Positions 29,928-40,040 are shown, counted from the stretch's first letter. The stretch is DNA of 64,000 nucleotides from Gammaproteobacteria bacterium (GCA_965215365.1 CBDCDS010000003.1:32001-96000); one strand, 5' to 3'. Made by a program: numbers and translations. Notes: a model not told the origin generated them from the sequence alone.

Positions 29928-31616
29928 ATGCAAACAGAAAATAAGCCCATAGAAAGCTGGTTGGAAGATATAAGAAGAGGCGTGGTCAGGTTACCGCGCT
30001 TTCAGAGAAGAGAAGCGTGGACTTTCAAACACGTTGAAAATTTTCTGGCTACTGTAATTCTTCATGACCGGCCCATAGGTGTTTTATTGACGCTGGAGGT
30101 GGATTCAGCCAATCAGCCCTTTGAAACAAGATCGTTGGAAGGCACTGTTAATAATGGTGAGAAATGCAGATACCACTTGCTTGATGGTCAGCAGAGACTC
30201 ACCGCTCTCTGGAAAGCGTTAAATGACAAATATGAGGATCGTGCCTACTTTGTCGTTTTTGAGGAGGAAAATGAAGGCTTTATTTGTAACTCCGTCAAGG
30301 GAGTGCCCAGAAAAACGAATCCATGGGTGAAAAATTTGTCGGAGGCTTTCAACAAGAATTTGATTCCAGTCAGCCTGTTAAATCCCAAGGTGTCTCACAG
30401 CGAAATAGAAGTCTGGCTGAAAAATGTAGCGGATGAGGGCCAAAAAACTGTTTTACGAGAGTTGGTAATGAACTTATGGAAACGGGTCAGCAGCAAACCG
30501 TTTCCCTCGTTACCTCTGCCTCAATCTACCCGGCCGGATGAGGCAATTGACATTTTCATAAATACAAATACGTCATTCGTACGGTTGACCCCCTACAATA
30601 TTGCAGTCGCAATGTTCGAGGCTGACACTCAAGAATCTTTACAGGGCGTAGTGGATGAAGTCGGTCAGGAAGTTTCCGGCATCATCGATCTTGAGGGGGA
30701 AGATGGCTTGGGCGACCTTGTTCTCAAGGTGGCGTGTCTATTTCAAAACATGGTGCCAACCTACGGAAATTACAGAAAACTCGATATGCCTGAGCTTAGG
30801 GGACAGCAAAGTCAAATTCTGGAGGGAATCAGGTGGGCTACCGACACCTTAAACAAGGAGAAAATATGGACTGAGAGACAGCTCCCGAGTTCGGTTCCAC
30901 TGCGAGTTTTGCCAGCATTATTTCGATTTCTTCCGAAGCACGGTGATGATCGCGCCAAAGCAGACAGGCTTGTGCGGCAGTATATCTGGCGTTCTTTTGT
31001 CACTGACCGATATGACCGGCAGGCCAACGACAGGTTGAAGAAAGACTACGATGCAATTCAAAAGGCGCTGCAAAATAAACGCTTTCAGTGCTCGGACAAA
31101 AACACAGTATTTGCCGAACAACTCCCAAATAAAGAGGAGTTGCTTGCGGAGGGTTGGCCCCGAAGCAAAGGCATAAGAAAGCGGGCTGCCTTGGCAATTT
31201 GCACCAGAGAAGGGTCAAGAGATATCGCAAGCAATGTCGAAATTTCTCTCGATGAGATACGTAAACGACAATATCATCATATTTTTCCGAAGGGACTTTT
31301 GAGAAAAGTGGACTCTAATCCTGATCTCGTATTGAATTGCATGCTCATAGACGAACCGACCAATCAGGATTGGAGCGATCGGTGGCCGGGGGATTACATC
31401 CTGGAGAGAATAGAGCAATCAGGGCTTCATGGTGAGGAGGCAAAACAAGAGTTGCGGCAACGACTGGAGTCCCACCTGGTTCCACCTGATGCCATATTAA
31501 ACGCAACAGATGATGGCGGCGCTTCACTGCAGCAAAAGTATGAAGATTTTCTCAAGCAACGGGCTGAGTTGATTATTGCAAAGATGATAATACTCTGCAG
31601 AGGAAAAACTGATTGA
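29928..31616 (+). CDS. DUF262 (DGQQR, ParB/Srx-like) plus C-terminal HNH-like nuclease, GmrSD/SspE-type architecture
   Basis: LPRFQR...W, LLDGQQRLTAL, IFINTNT; C-terminal YHHIFPK...N.MLI...TN...SD..P.DY; GGGAGGAG RBS. Confidence 0.87.
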   Translation: MQTENKPIESWLEDIRRGVVRLPRFQRREAWTFKHVENFLATVILHDRPIGVLLTLEVDSANQPFETRSLEGTVNNGEKCRYHLLDGQQRLTALWKALNDKYEDRAYFVVFEEENEGFICNSVKGVPRKTNPWVKNLSEAFNKNLIPVSLLNPKVSHSEIEVWLKNVADEGQKTVLRELVMNLWKRVSSKPFPSLPLPQSTRPDEAIDIFINTNTSFVRLTPYNIAVAMFEADTQESLQGVVDEVGQEVSGIIDLEGEDGLGDLVLKVACLFQNMVPTYGNYRKLDMPELRGQQSQILEGIRWATDTLNKEKIWTERQLPSSVPLRVLPALFRFLPKHGDDRAKADRLVRQYIWRSFVTDRYDRQANDRLKKDYDAIQKALQNKRFQCSDKNTVFAEQLPNKEELLAEGWPRSKGIRKRAALAICTREGSRDIASNVEISLDEIRKRQYHHIFPKGLLRKVDSNPDLVLNCMLIDEPTNQDWSDRWPGDYILERIEQSGLHGEEAKQELRQRLESHLVPPDAILNATDDGGASLQQKYEDFLKQRAELIIAKMIILCRGKTD

Positions 31617-31626
31617 AAGTTCAGCT

Positions 31627-33597
31627 ATGACAAATAAGAAAAAACAAAAAAAACCTTCCTTACACTTTGGCCCGGGTGACATGGCCGGCTGGACGCCGGT
31701 TGGTTTGAGTGGCTACCGGGCATTGAAACCAACCGCCGCCATACGTGAATTGATACAAAATGGACTCGATGCCGCTGATGCAAGGGAAACCCCGGCCCGT
31801 ATGCGCTTCCGAGTGGAAACATGTCAGATCAATGATGTGCCGGGCATAGCTACGTATCGAGAAGCTTTTCAGGAAGCGCAAGAGACCCAACTTAGTCTCT
31901 CTGGAGGTAAAATGCCTGATAATGCTGAAGCCGTCATCAAGGATATAAATTCGTGCTTGGGAGAACAAACATGCCATATTCTGCATGTTCTGGATAATGG
32001 TATTGGGCTGAATCAGGAGAGGATGAAAGCCTTGCTCGCTGACGGGTTTAGCGTTAAGGATGAGGAAGCCGCCGGTTCTTATGGCAATGGTCATGTTGTA
32101 GCTTTTCCCGCCTCCGACCTGCGTTACGTGCTTTATGGTGGTTTATTTTTGGAGAACCAGACATACAAAACGATCTGCTCCGGACATGTCATTCTGGCAA
32201 CAAGAGAGGGCAAGAAAGGAAAGCCGCTTGGTAAAGACGGTTACTTCGTAAACAGGTTAAGAGGTAATTTGTCCGATCCTTATGATTTCCCCGAGAATGG
32301 ACAAATTCCGCCCTTGATACGGCAACAACTGGAATGGATAAAAAACGAATGGGAAACCGGGAGCGTCGTATCAATTATCGGCTTTAATCAATTTAGAAAT
32401 TCGAGTAACGAAAACACCATTCGGGAAGAAATTTTTCGCACCGCCGCCTGTAATTTTTTTGAAGCAATCAATCGTGACCACTTGGTAATTGAGGTCGAAG
32501 AAAAAGGAAATGCTGAATCTTTGAATAAAAATACACTGGAGCAGATACTTGAAAAAAATAAAGAGCAGAAACGTAGCTCGGACAGCTTTTTGTCGGGTAA
32601 TCGAGCCTATGAAGCATTTCACGTCCTTAAGCATGGCGACAGGGAGATGGTGCCCACCAACTTGGGAGAAGTAGAAATAGTGGTCAAACATCCGGTTGAA
32701 AGTGGCCAAACTCGTGTGGATTTATGCAGGAAAGGCATGTGGATTACTAGCCATTTGCCCAGATTCCAGAATCAATTCGGAAATCTCATACCTTTTCATT
32801 GTGTTATACCGTTGTTGGAAAATACGAAATTGAATCGCATCGTGCGTAAGGCTGAGGGACCCTTGCACAACAGCATATCTATCAGTTTGCTGCCTCAGGA
32901 TGATAAACAGCAATTTACCGACGTGTTGAAGGCTATCCGGGAAAGGCTTGTTCAAATAGTTCCTCAGATGAATAATGAATCATTCAGGCCTGATGATATT
33001 TTTCGGGTACGCACTGAGGGAATGGTTCGAGGCGACGGTAAACCAAGTGTAACCGGGAGTATGACCAAAGTAAGACGTTACCGAAAGCCACAAGAAGCTC
33101 AACAACGGGGCGAGGAGCAGAGTGGCCCCGATGGAACCGGAGTTGGGGGGGGTGGGGGCAGTTACAATGTAAACCGTTCCGGTTCTTTTCGGCGTCAAGG
33201 CAGCCAAATGCAATTTCGGGGCTTGGTTGTACCGACCGGCCCCAGATCTTGCATGGCCAATATTGTATCTGGGGAAAAGACTCAAGAAAGTGAGATTCGT
33301 TTTGTTTTGGATGAAAACATTGATGTTACCTCCGATGGCGCAATCAATGATCTGCTTGTCAGTATCGATCCGGATAGTCTGCGGGTGAATGGTGTACCAG
33401 TTCGAGAAGATCGGTTAAGAAAAGATGATAAAGGTAATGTATTGGGAGTTATGCTTAGCGATTTGCAAAAAAATCAAGAATCCGAGATTGAAATGGACTA
33501 CACCATTCCGGACGATCTGTTGGTGAGAGATGACCAAAAAGTAGTGCTGAAAGTCGAGATGGTGCGGCGCGCATCTACTGACAAAAAGGCCAGATAA
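31627..33597 (+). CDS. GHKL (HSP90/MORC-like) ATPase domain protein with unknown C-terminus
   Basis: N-box RELIQNGLDA, G1 DNGIG, G2 GSYGNG. Confidence 0.78.
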   Translation: MTNKKKQKKPSLHFGPGDMAGWTPVGLSGYRALKPTAAIRELIQNGLDAADARETPARMRFRVETCQINDVPGIATYREAFQEAQETQLSLSGGKMPDNAEAVIKDINSCLGEQTCHILHVLDNGIGLNQERMKALLADGFSVKDEEAAGSYGNGHVVAFPASDLRYVLYGGLFLENQTYKTICSGHVILATREGKKGKPLGKDGYFVNRLRGNLSDPYDFPENGQIPPLIRQQLEWIKNEWETGSVVSIIGFNQFRNSSNENTIREEIFRTAACNFFEAINRDHLVIEVEEKGNAESLNKNTLEQILEKNKEQKRSSDSFLSGNRAYEAFHVLKHGDREMVPTNLGEVEIVVKHPVESGQTRVDLCRKGMWITSHLPRFQNQFGNLIPFHCVIPLLENTKLNRIVRKAEGPLHNSISISLLPQDDKQQFTDVLKAIRERLVQIVPQMNNESFRPDDIFRVRTEGMVRGDGKPSVTGSMTKVRRYRKPQEAQQRGEEQSGPDGTGVGGGGGSYNVNRSGSFRRQGSQMQFRGLVVPTGPRSCMANIVSGEKTQESEIRFVLDENIDVTSDGAINDLLVSIDPDSLRVNGVPVREDRLRKDDKGNVLGVMLSDLQKNQESEIEMDYTIPDDLLVRDDQKVVLKVEMVRRASTDKKAR

Positions 33598-33602
33598 TAA
33601 AT

Positions 33603-34436
33603 ATGTCGAAATTTTCAGACATGGTTCGCGCCTTCCCGTTCCCGGTTCTGGAAGATGGCAACCTGTCTTTTCCTGAAGGTGAATATTTACCTGATATTAC
33701 GAATAACGGCGACGGTTACTCTGCCAGGATATATCACAAAGTAAACAATGCTCCGTTGATCGAACGTTTTATAAATGAAGGGCTTGCGATTTGCTGTTGT
33801 ACAGTTTCAGTCCCCATAACAGGATACAGGGAGTTGTTCACCGGTAGTGGTTTTAATCAAGACCTGCAATGGGATAAAAATTGGGTAGGCGAACCTCCCG
33901 TGCTTCGCCCTTTGATTGTATGCAAGAACCCGATAAGCCACAAACTATGTACAGAAGACGGTGTCCATAGTATGTGGGTCGGGCAGGAAATATCCTTTGA
34001 CAAAGGAGCGAAAATAGCAATCGGACCCGACTTTCGTCCCGTATCGTCAATACAATCTTTGTTGTCCATCGACAAGGATGAGTCACTGGCTTCGGGGCAG
34101 TTCCGCATAGACGAATGTCCCGATAACGGGTTTTATTTCAAAGTCAAGGTAGCTTCGGACTTATATAAATTCCTCCGGAGCCCGGGCGGAGGTGATCACT
34201 CCAAGCATAGCCAAAGTATATTGATACATGCAGTCAGTTCTTGCTTTGCCTTACTTGCCAAAGATTACAGTGAGGAGCATGGCGATAATGGTTGGCAGTC
34301 TCACCCTAATCTTCGTGCACTGGCTAATGAAATGAAGAACAAAGGGTTAAATGTTTGGGGTGAAGACGATTTTTGTCCGGAATTTGCGGCAACCTCTTTG
34401 CATCCGCATCAACTTCCTGTTCCGGAAGAAGAGTGA
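33603..34436 (+). CDS. Hypothetical protein (277 aa, N-terminal FPFPVL motif)
   Basis: Long ORF packed 5 nt after the GHKL gene and overlapping the next start. Confidence 0.75.
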   Translation: MSKFSDMVRAFPFPVLEDGNLSFPEGEYLPDITNNGDGYSARIYHKVNNAPLIERFINEGLAICCCTVSVPITGYRELFTGSGFNQDLQWDKNWVGEPPVLRPLIVCKNPISHKLCTEDGVHSMWVGQEISFDKGAKIAIGPDFRPVSSIQSLLSIDKDESLASGQFRIDECPDNGFYFKVKVASDLYKFLRSPGGGDHSKHSQSILIHAVSSCFALLAKDYSEEHGDNGWQSHPNLRALANEMKNKGLNVWGEDDFCPEFAATSLHPHQLPVPEEE

Positions 34437-35308
34437 TTAATGTGTATAAGCAGTTGAGTCCCGAGCAATATACCAAGTTACGAAAAAGCCTTTTATCCGG
34501 AAAAGGTTCTGACCGGCAACGCGAGTTTCTCCATGCCTGCAAATCAAACGAGGATTTTCTTGAATTTGTGCGTAGGGAAGTTGATTCGGTGGGAAACGAA
34601 GAAATTCCTGTTTTTAATGAAAAATTGACTGAACATGAATACAAGGATCCTCCAGGGGATACCGAAGACAATTTTTATACCCTTTTGAAAACAATACCGC
34701 CAGAGACTGCTTGCCGTGTTTCTTTCTGGGGCGAGGTCACTTTAAGACATATCGAAAACAACAATATTAGCGCTTATTATCTGGCAGCAAACGGGGGAAC
34801 ATTATCCGGTGGAGAAGAGCGCATTGACAAATCATTGTCGTCGCAAGGGAGCGTAAAAGACATCGATGCTTGTGTGCGCACCATCCTTCGCCGAATGAGT
34901 GGGCTTCCAGAGGCGCGAGGCAACAGAAGTCAGTACGTGGACTGCCCATTTGGGCGTGCCTGGTGGCGTTCGCGTTTATCTGAAGAAGTTGCAATAACAT
35001 CAAAGTTTCCGCATAAAAAAATTCGTGAACTGCTGAATTTAAGTCAAACATATTGGGAAAGTCTTGTTATCCTGGTAGTGTCAAGAAACTCAATATTAGG
35101 CGATAAAAAGGTCCGACATGCGTTGATCTGGCGCTTGGCAGAGATACTGGAAACGGAACCAAAGAGTAAATTACTTAAATTGACTTCCCTTAATGATTTT
35201 TGTCGATTATTAGGCGTGAGGTGCGCCTGGCAAGAGTTGGGGATTCTTGATCTTGTTGAGGTAAAGAAATTGATCCAGGATGAAATACTATCGTCAACTT
35301 TGGCTTGA
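34433..35308 (+). CDS. Hypothetical protein (~291 aa), tentatively DUF6339-like
   Basis: GTG start overlapping the upstream TGA. The FW..vt and GRAWWR motifs recall DUF6339 (from memory, unverified). Confidence 0.7.
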   Translation: MINVYKQLSPEQYTKLRKSLLSGKGSDRQREFLHACKSNEDFLEFVRREVDSVGNEEIPVFNEKLTEHEYKDPPGDTEDNFYTLLKTIPPETACRVSFWGEVTLRHIENNNISAYYLAANGGTLSGGEERIDKSLSSQGSVKDIDACVRTILRRMSGLPEARGNRSQYVDCPFGRAWWRSRLSEEVAITSKFPHKKIRELLNLSQTYWESLVILVVSRNSILGDKKVRHALIWRLAEILETEPKSKLLKLTSLNDFCRLLGVRCAWQELGILDLVEVKKLIQDEILSSTLA

Positions 35309-35503
35309 GTTGCATTCAATGCCTCAATGTTGTCACTTCGCTTTTTTGGTTACATTTCGCCTGTCTAAGTGTCACCCCCATCACGAAATATTTCATCAAC
35401 CCGCCAGTCTGGCTGACCACACGGTTTCCTTGGATTGATGTTAGAATCGCGGGTCAAATTGTCAGAAAGCAGGTTAATGTTCAAATGTTAAAGGAAACAC
35501 AAG

Positions 35504-36454
35504 ATGTCAATGGCTGATCGCGACGGTGTCATCTGGTTTGACGGGGAGCTGGTTCCCTGGCGCGAGGCGAATGTGCATGTGCTGACCCACACCCTGCATT
35601 ATGGGGTGGGGGTGTTCGAGGGGATGCGCGCCTACGCAACGCCGCGTGGGGCTGCCATTTTCAGGCTGCATGACCACACGCGGCGCATGTTCTCGTCGGC
35701 GCATATCCTGGGCATGCGCCTGCCCTACACCTTCGACGAGATCAACGAGGCCTGTGTTGCGGTAGTACGGGAGAACGGCCTGTCGGAGGCCTACATCCGG
35801 CCCATCTGCTTTTACGGGTCCGAGGGAATGGGACTGCGCGCGGACAACCTGAAGGTGCATGTGGCGGTTGCCGCCTGGGAATGGGGCGCGTACCTGGGCG
35901 CTGAGGGGCTGGAACAGGGCATTCGTATCAGGACCTCGTCTTTCACCCGGCACCACGTCAACATCTCTATGTGCAAGGCCAAGGCGGTCGGTCACTACAT
36001 CAATTCGATACTTGCCTTACATGAAGCCTTGGACTGCGGCTACGACGAGGCGCTGCTGCTGGACAACGAGGGCTATGTCGCCGAGGGCAGCGGTGAGAAC
36101 ATCTTCATCGTGCGCAACGGCGCGATCCACACCCCGGATCTGACTTCCGCCCTGGAAGGAGTGACCCGCGATACCATCCTGGTATTCGCCCGTGAGCTGG
36201 GGCTGGAAGTAAAGGAGAAACGCCTGACCCGAGATGAGGTGTATATCGCCGATGAGGCTTTTTTTACCGGCTCTGCGGCAGAGGTCACGCCCGTGGTGGA
36301 ACTGGACAACCGCACCATCGGCAACGGCCGCCGCGGGCCCGTCACCAGCAAGCTGCAAACCATGTTTTTCGACCAGGTGCAGGGCCGTAAGGTGCGGCAC
36401 CCGGAGTGGCTGACTTATGTGGCAGAGGCTGTTGAGGTCGCGCAAGCGGTATGA
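35504..36454 (+). CDS. ilvE: Branched-chain amino acid aminotransferase
   Basis: HTLHYG.GVFEG.RAY, KAKA.GHY.NS, EGSGENIF, LEGVTRD. Confidence 0.97.
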   Translation: MSMADRDGVIWFDGELVPWREANVHVLTHTLHYGVGVFEGMRAYATPRGAAIFRLHDHTRRMFSSAHILGMRLPYTFDEINEACVAVVRENGLSEAYIRPICFYGSEGMGLRADNLKVHVAVAAWEWGAYLGAEGLEQGIRIRTSSFTRHHVNISMCKAKAVGHYINSILALHEALDCGYDEALLLDNEGYVAEGSGENIFIVRNGAIHTPDLTSALEGVTRDTILVFARELGLEVKEKRLTRDEVYIADEAFFTGSAAEVTPVVELDNRTIGNGRRGPVTSKLQTMFFDQVQGRKVRHPEWLTYVAEAVEVAQAV

Positions 36455-36648
36455 GTGCGCAAGGGGCCAACATGCCGAACGATCGGCAGCATTACGTCAT
36501 CAGCCGCCGCGACCTGCCCTTGCACTGCCCGCTGCCCGGTATGAGTCTGTGGAATTCCCACCCGCGGGTGTACCTGCCGATAGAGGAAACCGGTACCGCC
36601 AAATGCCCCTACTGCGGCGCCGAATTTACGCTGGAAGACACTGACTGA
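36451..36648 (+). CDS. Small zinc-finger (zf-CHCC) protein
   Basis: LPLHCP...WNSHPRVYL...CPYCG. Confidence 0.85.
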   Translation: MSAQGANMPNDRQHYVISRRDLPLHCPLPGMSLWNSHPRVYLPIEETGTAKCPYCGAEFTLEDTD

Positions 36649-36654
36649 GCCGGA

Positions 36655-37620
36655 TTGAAACCCGCCCCCGCAAGCGTAAACAACTCTGTCATCCTCTGGC
36701 AGATCTGTGATGGAAAACGCGGCCACCTGAGCCAGACTCACGGACTGATCGAAGCCTTGCGCCGGCGGGTAGCGCTACGCGTTTATCAGGTCGACGCGCC
36801 ACCGTTGCGGCAGGCGCTGGCCTCCTGTGTGAGTGGAACCCTGAGTTGGGCCGGCGACCTGCCGGCACCGCAAGTGGCGGTCGGCGCCGGTCATGCGACC
36901 CATCTGCCACTGTTGGCCGTGCGGCGTAGCTATCAGGCCAGGGCAGTGGTGTTGATGCGCCCGAGCCTGCCGGTGAGCTGGTTCGACTACTGCCTGGCGC
37001 CGGCCCATGACAACCCACCCAGGCGGGATAACGTTATCACAACCACCGGCGCCCTCAACCCCATGCGGGCAGGCCAGGAGCAGGACCCGGAGCATGGCTT
37101 GATCCTGATCGGCGGCCGGTCCCGGCATTACGGTATGGATACCGAAGCGCTGCTGGCGCGTATCCGACTGCTACTGGCGCGCACCGCGCCCCGGCGTTGG
37201 ACCTTGTCCAATTCCCCGCGCACGCCGGCGCCACTGACCCGGGCCTTGCCGGCGCTGGCAACGGACGCGGTTGAAGTGGTCCCGTGGCAGCGCTGCCCAC
37301 CCGGCTGGATGGCGGCCAACCTAGGGCGCGCGCGCGATGTCTGGGTCACCGAGGACAGTGTGTCCATGATCTGCGAGGCGCTGACGGCAGGTTGCCGTGT
37401 GGGCCTGCTGCCGTTACCGGGAAAATCTGCCGGTCGCTTGCAGCGAGCTATCAAGCAACTGCTTGAACAAGGCTTCGTACACATGTACGATGAATCTGAT
37501 GCTGATGCAGAACTGCCAGTGCCGCCGCGCCGGCTGGATGAAGCCAACCGTTGCGCCGGGCTGCTGCTGGAGAAGGGTTTGTTGCAGTCCATAACCGGCA
37601 CTCTCTCCATTCCGTATTGA
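36655..37620 (+). CDS. ELM1/GtrOC1-family glycosyltransferase-like protein
   Basis: DGKRGH..Q..GL, PAHD, LIGG, S.RTP, VTEDSVSMI.EA. Confidence 0.85.
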   Translation: MKPAPASVNNSVILWQICDGKRGHLSQTHGLIEALRRRVALRVYQVDAPPLRQALASCVSGTLSWAGDLPAPQVAVGAGHATHLPLLAVRRSYQARAVVLMRPSLPVSWFDYCLAPAHDNPPRRDNVITTTGALNPMRAGQEQDPEHGLILIGGRSRHYGMDTEALLARIRLLLARTAPRRWTLSNSPRTPAPLTRALPALATDAVEVVPWQRCPPGWMAANLGRARDVWVTEDSVSMICEALTAGCRVGLLPLPGKSAGRLQRAIKQLLEQGFVHMYDESDADAELPVPPRRLDEANRCAGLLLEKGLLQSITGTLSIPY

Positions 37621-37662
37621 TATGTTCAGAGCCACACCGCGATCTCAAGACAGGGCGACCTC

Positions 37663-38778
37663 ATGCCGTTGACAGTACTACAAACCCTGCCGGCGTTGGA
37701 AACTGGCGGAGTCGAGCGCGGGACTGTGGATGTGGCCGCGGAGTTGGCGCGGCGCGGTCAGCGCGCGCTGGTCATCTCCGGCGGCGGCGCGCTGACAGGT
37801 GAACTCGACCGCACCGGCGCTCGGCACCACACCTGGCCGATAGGGAAGAAATCCCCGTTCACCCTGCTGCTGGCGCGCCGCCTGCGGCGTTTCTTACAGC
37901 AGGAAAAGGTGGATATCCTCCATGCCAGCTCGCGTCTGCCGGCCTGGGTCGCATATCTGGCCTGGAGCAACATGCCGGCCGACCAGCGGCCGGCCTTCAT
38001 CACCAGCGTGCATGGGCCTTACCGCGGCGGCCGTTACAGCGCGATTATGACCCGCGGGCAGCGGGTCATAGCCATCTCTAGGTACATTTATGAGTACATC
38101 CTGGCGCAGTACCCAGAGACCGACCCCGGCAAGATCACCATCATCCCGCGGGGCGTGGATGCCGCGCGTTTCTCTCGCGACTACCAGCCTGAGCCGGAAT
38201 GGCTGGCGCGTTGGCGACAAGAGTATCCGCAGCTGGCGGGCAAGGCGCTTATCACCCTGCCCGGCAGGATTACCCGCTGGAAGGGGCATACGGATTTCAT
38301 CGAGATCATTGCGCGCCTGAAGCAGGTGGGGATAAACATACACGGCCTGATTGCGGGGGACGCCGAGCCGGGCCGTCAGAGGTTCCTGCGCGAGTTAATG
38401 CGCACAACAGCCAAGCGCGGACTGGAGGGCGACATCAGCTTCCTCGGACGACGTAGCGACCTGCGAGAAGTGCTCTGCGTCTCCGCTGTGGCGCTGTCGC
38501 TGGCCAATGCCCCCGAAGCCTTCGGCAGGACCGCACTGGAAGCCCTGTCACTGGGGCGACCGGTTGTTGCCTACGCCCACGGCGGCGCCCGGGAGGTACT
38601 GCAAAAACTGCAACCAGACGGTCTGGTTATGCCCGGCAGTGTGGGCGCGGCGGTTGATAAAATCCGGCAGTTCCTTAAAACCCCGCCGCCCATCGCCCGC
38701 AATCAGACCTTCACCCTGCAACAGATGCTGGACCAGACCTTGGCCTTATACGAGCAGGCATGTAGTGGGAACCTCTGA
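37663..38778 (+). CDS. Glycosyltransferase family 4
   Basis: GGVERGT, PGRITRWKG, EAFGRT.LEA. Confidence 0.92.
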   Translation: MPLTVLQTLPALETGGVERGTVDVAAELARRGQRALVISGGGALTGELDRTGARHHTWPIGKKSPFTLLLARRLRRFLQQEKVDILHASSRLPAWVAYLAWSNMPADQRPAFITSVHGPYRGGRYSAIMTRGQRVIAISRYIYEYILAQYPETDPGKITIIPRGVDAARFSRDYQPEPEWLARWRQEYPQLAGKALITLPGRITRWKGHTDFIEIIARLKQVGINIHGLIAGDAEPGRQRFLRELMRTTAKRGLEGDISFLGRRSDLREVLCVSAVALSLANAPEAFGRTALEALSLGRPVVAYAHGGAREVLQKLQPDGLVMPGSVGAAVDKIRQFLKTPPPIARNQTFTLQQMLDQTLALYEQACSGNL

Positions 38779-38812
38779 TTTTTATACACAGCGACAGAAA
38801 CAGCACGGTGTT

Positions 38813-38930
38813 CGTCATTCCCGAGAATGCGGGAATCCAGTAGGGAAAAGTCCCGAAGGGACACTTTCAACCTCCCTGTAGTTTGCCCCGTTGGGGCCAG
38901 GGCCTGCCCCGGTATGGAGTTGAGCCGGGG
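38813..38930 (+). repeat. Composite REP-like palindromic elements
   Basis: CGTCATTCCCGAGAATGCGGGAATCCAG (38813-38840) and CCCCGG-N12-CCGGGG hairpin (within 38903-38930). Confidence 0.65.
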
Positions 38931-39025
38931 GAAGGACGCAACGAGTGACGGTGAGGAAAGCAGGAATGGCAAACGGGGGGGCGAGTAGTTACTCGCTCTT
39001 TATAGAAGTGGCCTGGTGATTCAAT

Positions 39026-39988
39026 ATGAGCCGGGACATACTGATTATCAAACTTGGTGCGTTGGGCGACGCGGTCATGGCGACCGGGCTGGTGGCGCGC
39101 ATAGTACAGCATCACGCGCCGCAGCGTTGCGTGCTCCTTACCAGTGCCGCCTACAGTGAATTATTTGCTGCCCAACCCGGTCTGGAACTGAAGACTTTTG
39201 ACCGCAGCAGCCTGCGTTCCACGCTGGCGGCAGTGCTGTGGCTACGCCAACAGCGATTTGAGCGGATTTACGACTTGCAGTCGAATGACCGTAGCGGCCT
39301 GATGTGTGCGCTGTCCGGCATCCCGCAGCGGGTCGGCAACCACCCGCGCTTTCCCTACAACCTGCGTCCCGGTAGCCGCTACCTCGGCCAAGGCCATATT
39401 CATACCAGGATGCTGACAGTGCTGGAGGCCGCCGGCATTGCCACAGACGCAGCCGCGCCCTGCCTGCATCCCTCTGCAACAGACCGGGCCACCGTGACAG
39501 AGTGGTTACAGACGCGCCGGCTGGCGTCGCGCCGGCTGGCGCTCATGCATGCCGGTGCCAGCGCCGGTCGCCCGGAAAAACGCTGGCCTTATTTTCACGA
39601 GCTGGCACTGGCGCTGGCGCGGCGCGGGTTGTTGACACTCTGGATTGGCGGCGCGGACGACCGGGATATAACTGCCGAACTGGCCCGGGTCACCGGGGTG
39701 GATGCCGGCGGCGCCTTCTCACTGCTGCAACTGGCCGCCCTTACGGCTCACGCGCGCCTTGCCGTCACCAACGATTCCGGCCCTATGCATGTGCTGGCCT
39801 GTGGTTCCATCCCCATCTACGGCCTGTTCGGCCCCAGCGACTGGCGCCGCAACCATGCCGTCGGCCAACGCGCCCGCGTGCTCTCGTTAAACCGGAATGA
39901 ATCCGTCTTCAGACCCACCCGCCTGGCAGACCTGAAACCCGATCAGGCGCTGCGACAACTGGAACAAGATGGCATCCTGGCAGAGTAA
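39026..39988 (+). CDS. Glycosyltransferase family 9
   Basis: IKLGALGD, KRWP, NDSGPMH, LFGPS. Confidence 0.9.
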   Translation: MSRDILIIKLGALGDAVMATGLVARIVQHHAPQRCVLLTSAAYSELFAAQPGLELKTFDRSSLRSTLAAVLWLRQQRFERIYDLQSNDRSGLMCALSGIPQRVGNHPRFPYNLRPGSRYLGQGHIHTRMLTVLEAAGIATDAAAPCLHPSATDRATVTEWLQTRRLASRRLALMHAGASAGRPEKRWPYFHELALALARRGLLTLWIGGADDRDITAELARVTGVDAGGAFSLLQLAALTAHARLAVTNDSGPMHVLACGSIPIYGLFGPSDWRRNHAVGQRARVLSLNRNESVFRPTRLADLKPDQALRQLEQDGILAE

Positions 39989-40040
39989 CATCGGCACACA
40001 TCTCCTTACCCGTTAAGTCCTGGCCCGGCTATTCCCCGTT

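Noticed and set aside
27364-35308. Canonical dndABCDE, sspABCDE or BREX type 4
   Set aside because: No recognisable DndD/DndE, DUF4007, SspC/BrxC or PglZ. The only ATPase partner is GHKL-type. Judged by eye; HMM confirmation is needed.
35305-35517. 70-aa ORF between the island and ilvE
   Set aside because: TTG start, no RBS or motif; likely the ilvE promoter region.
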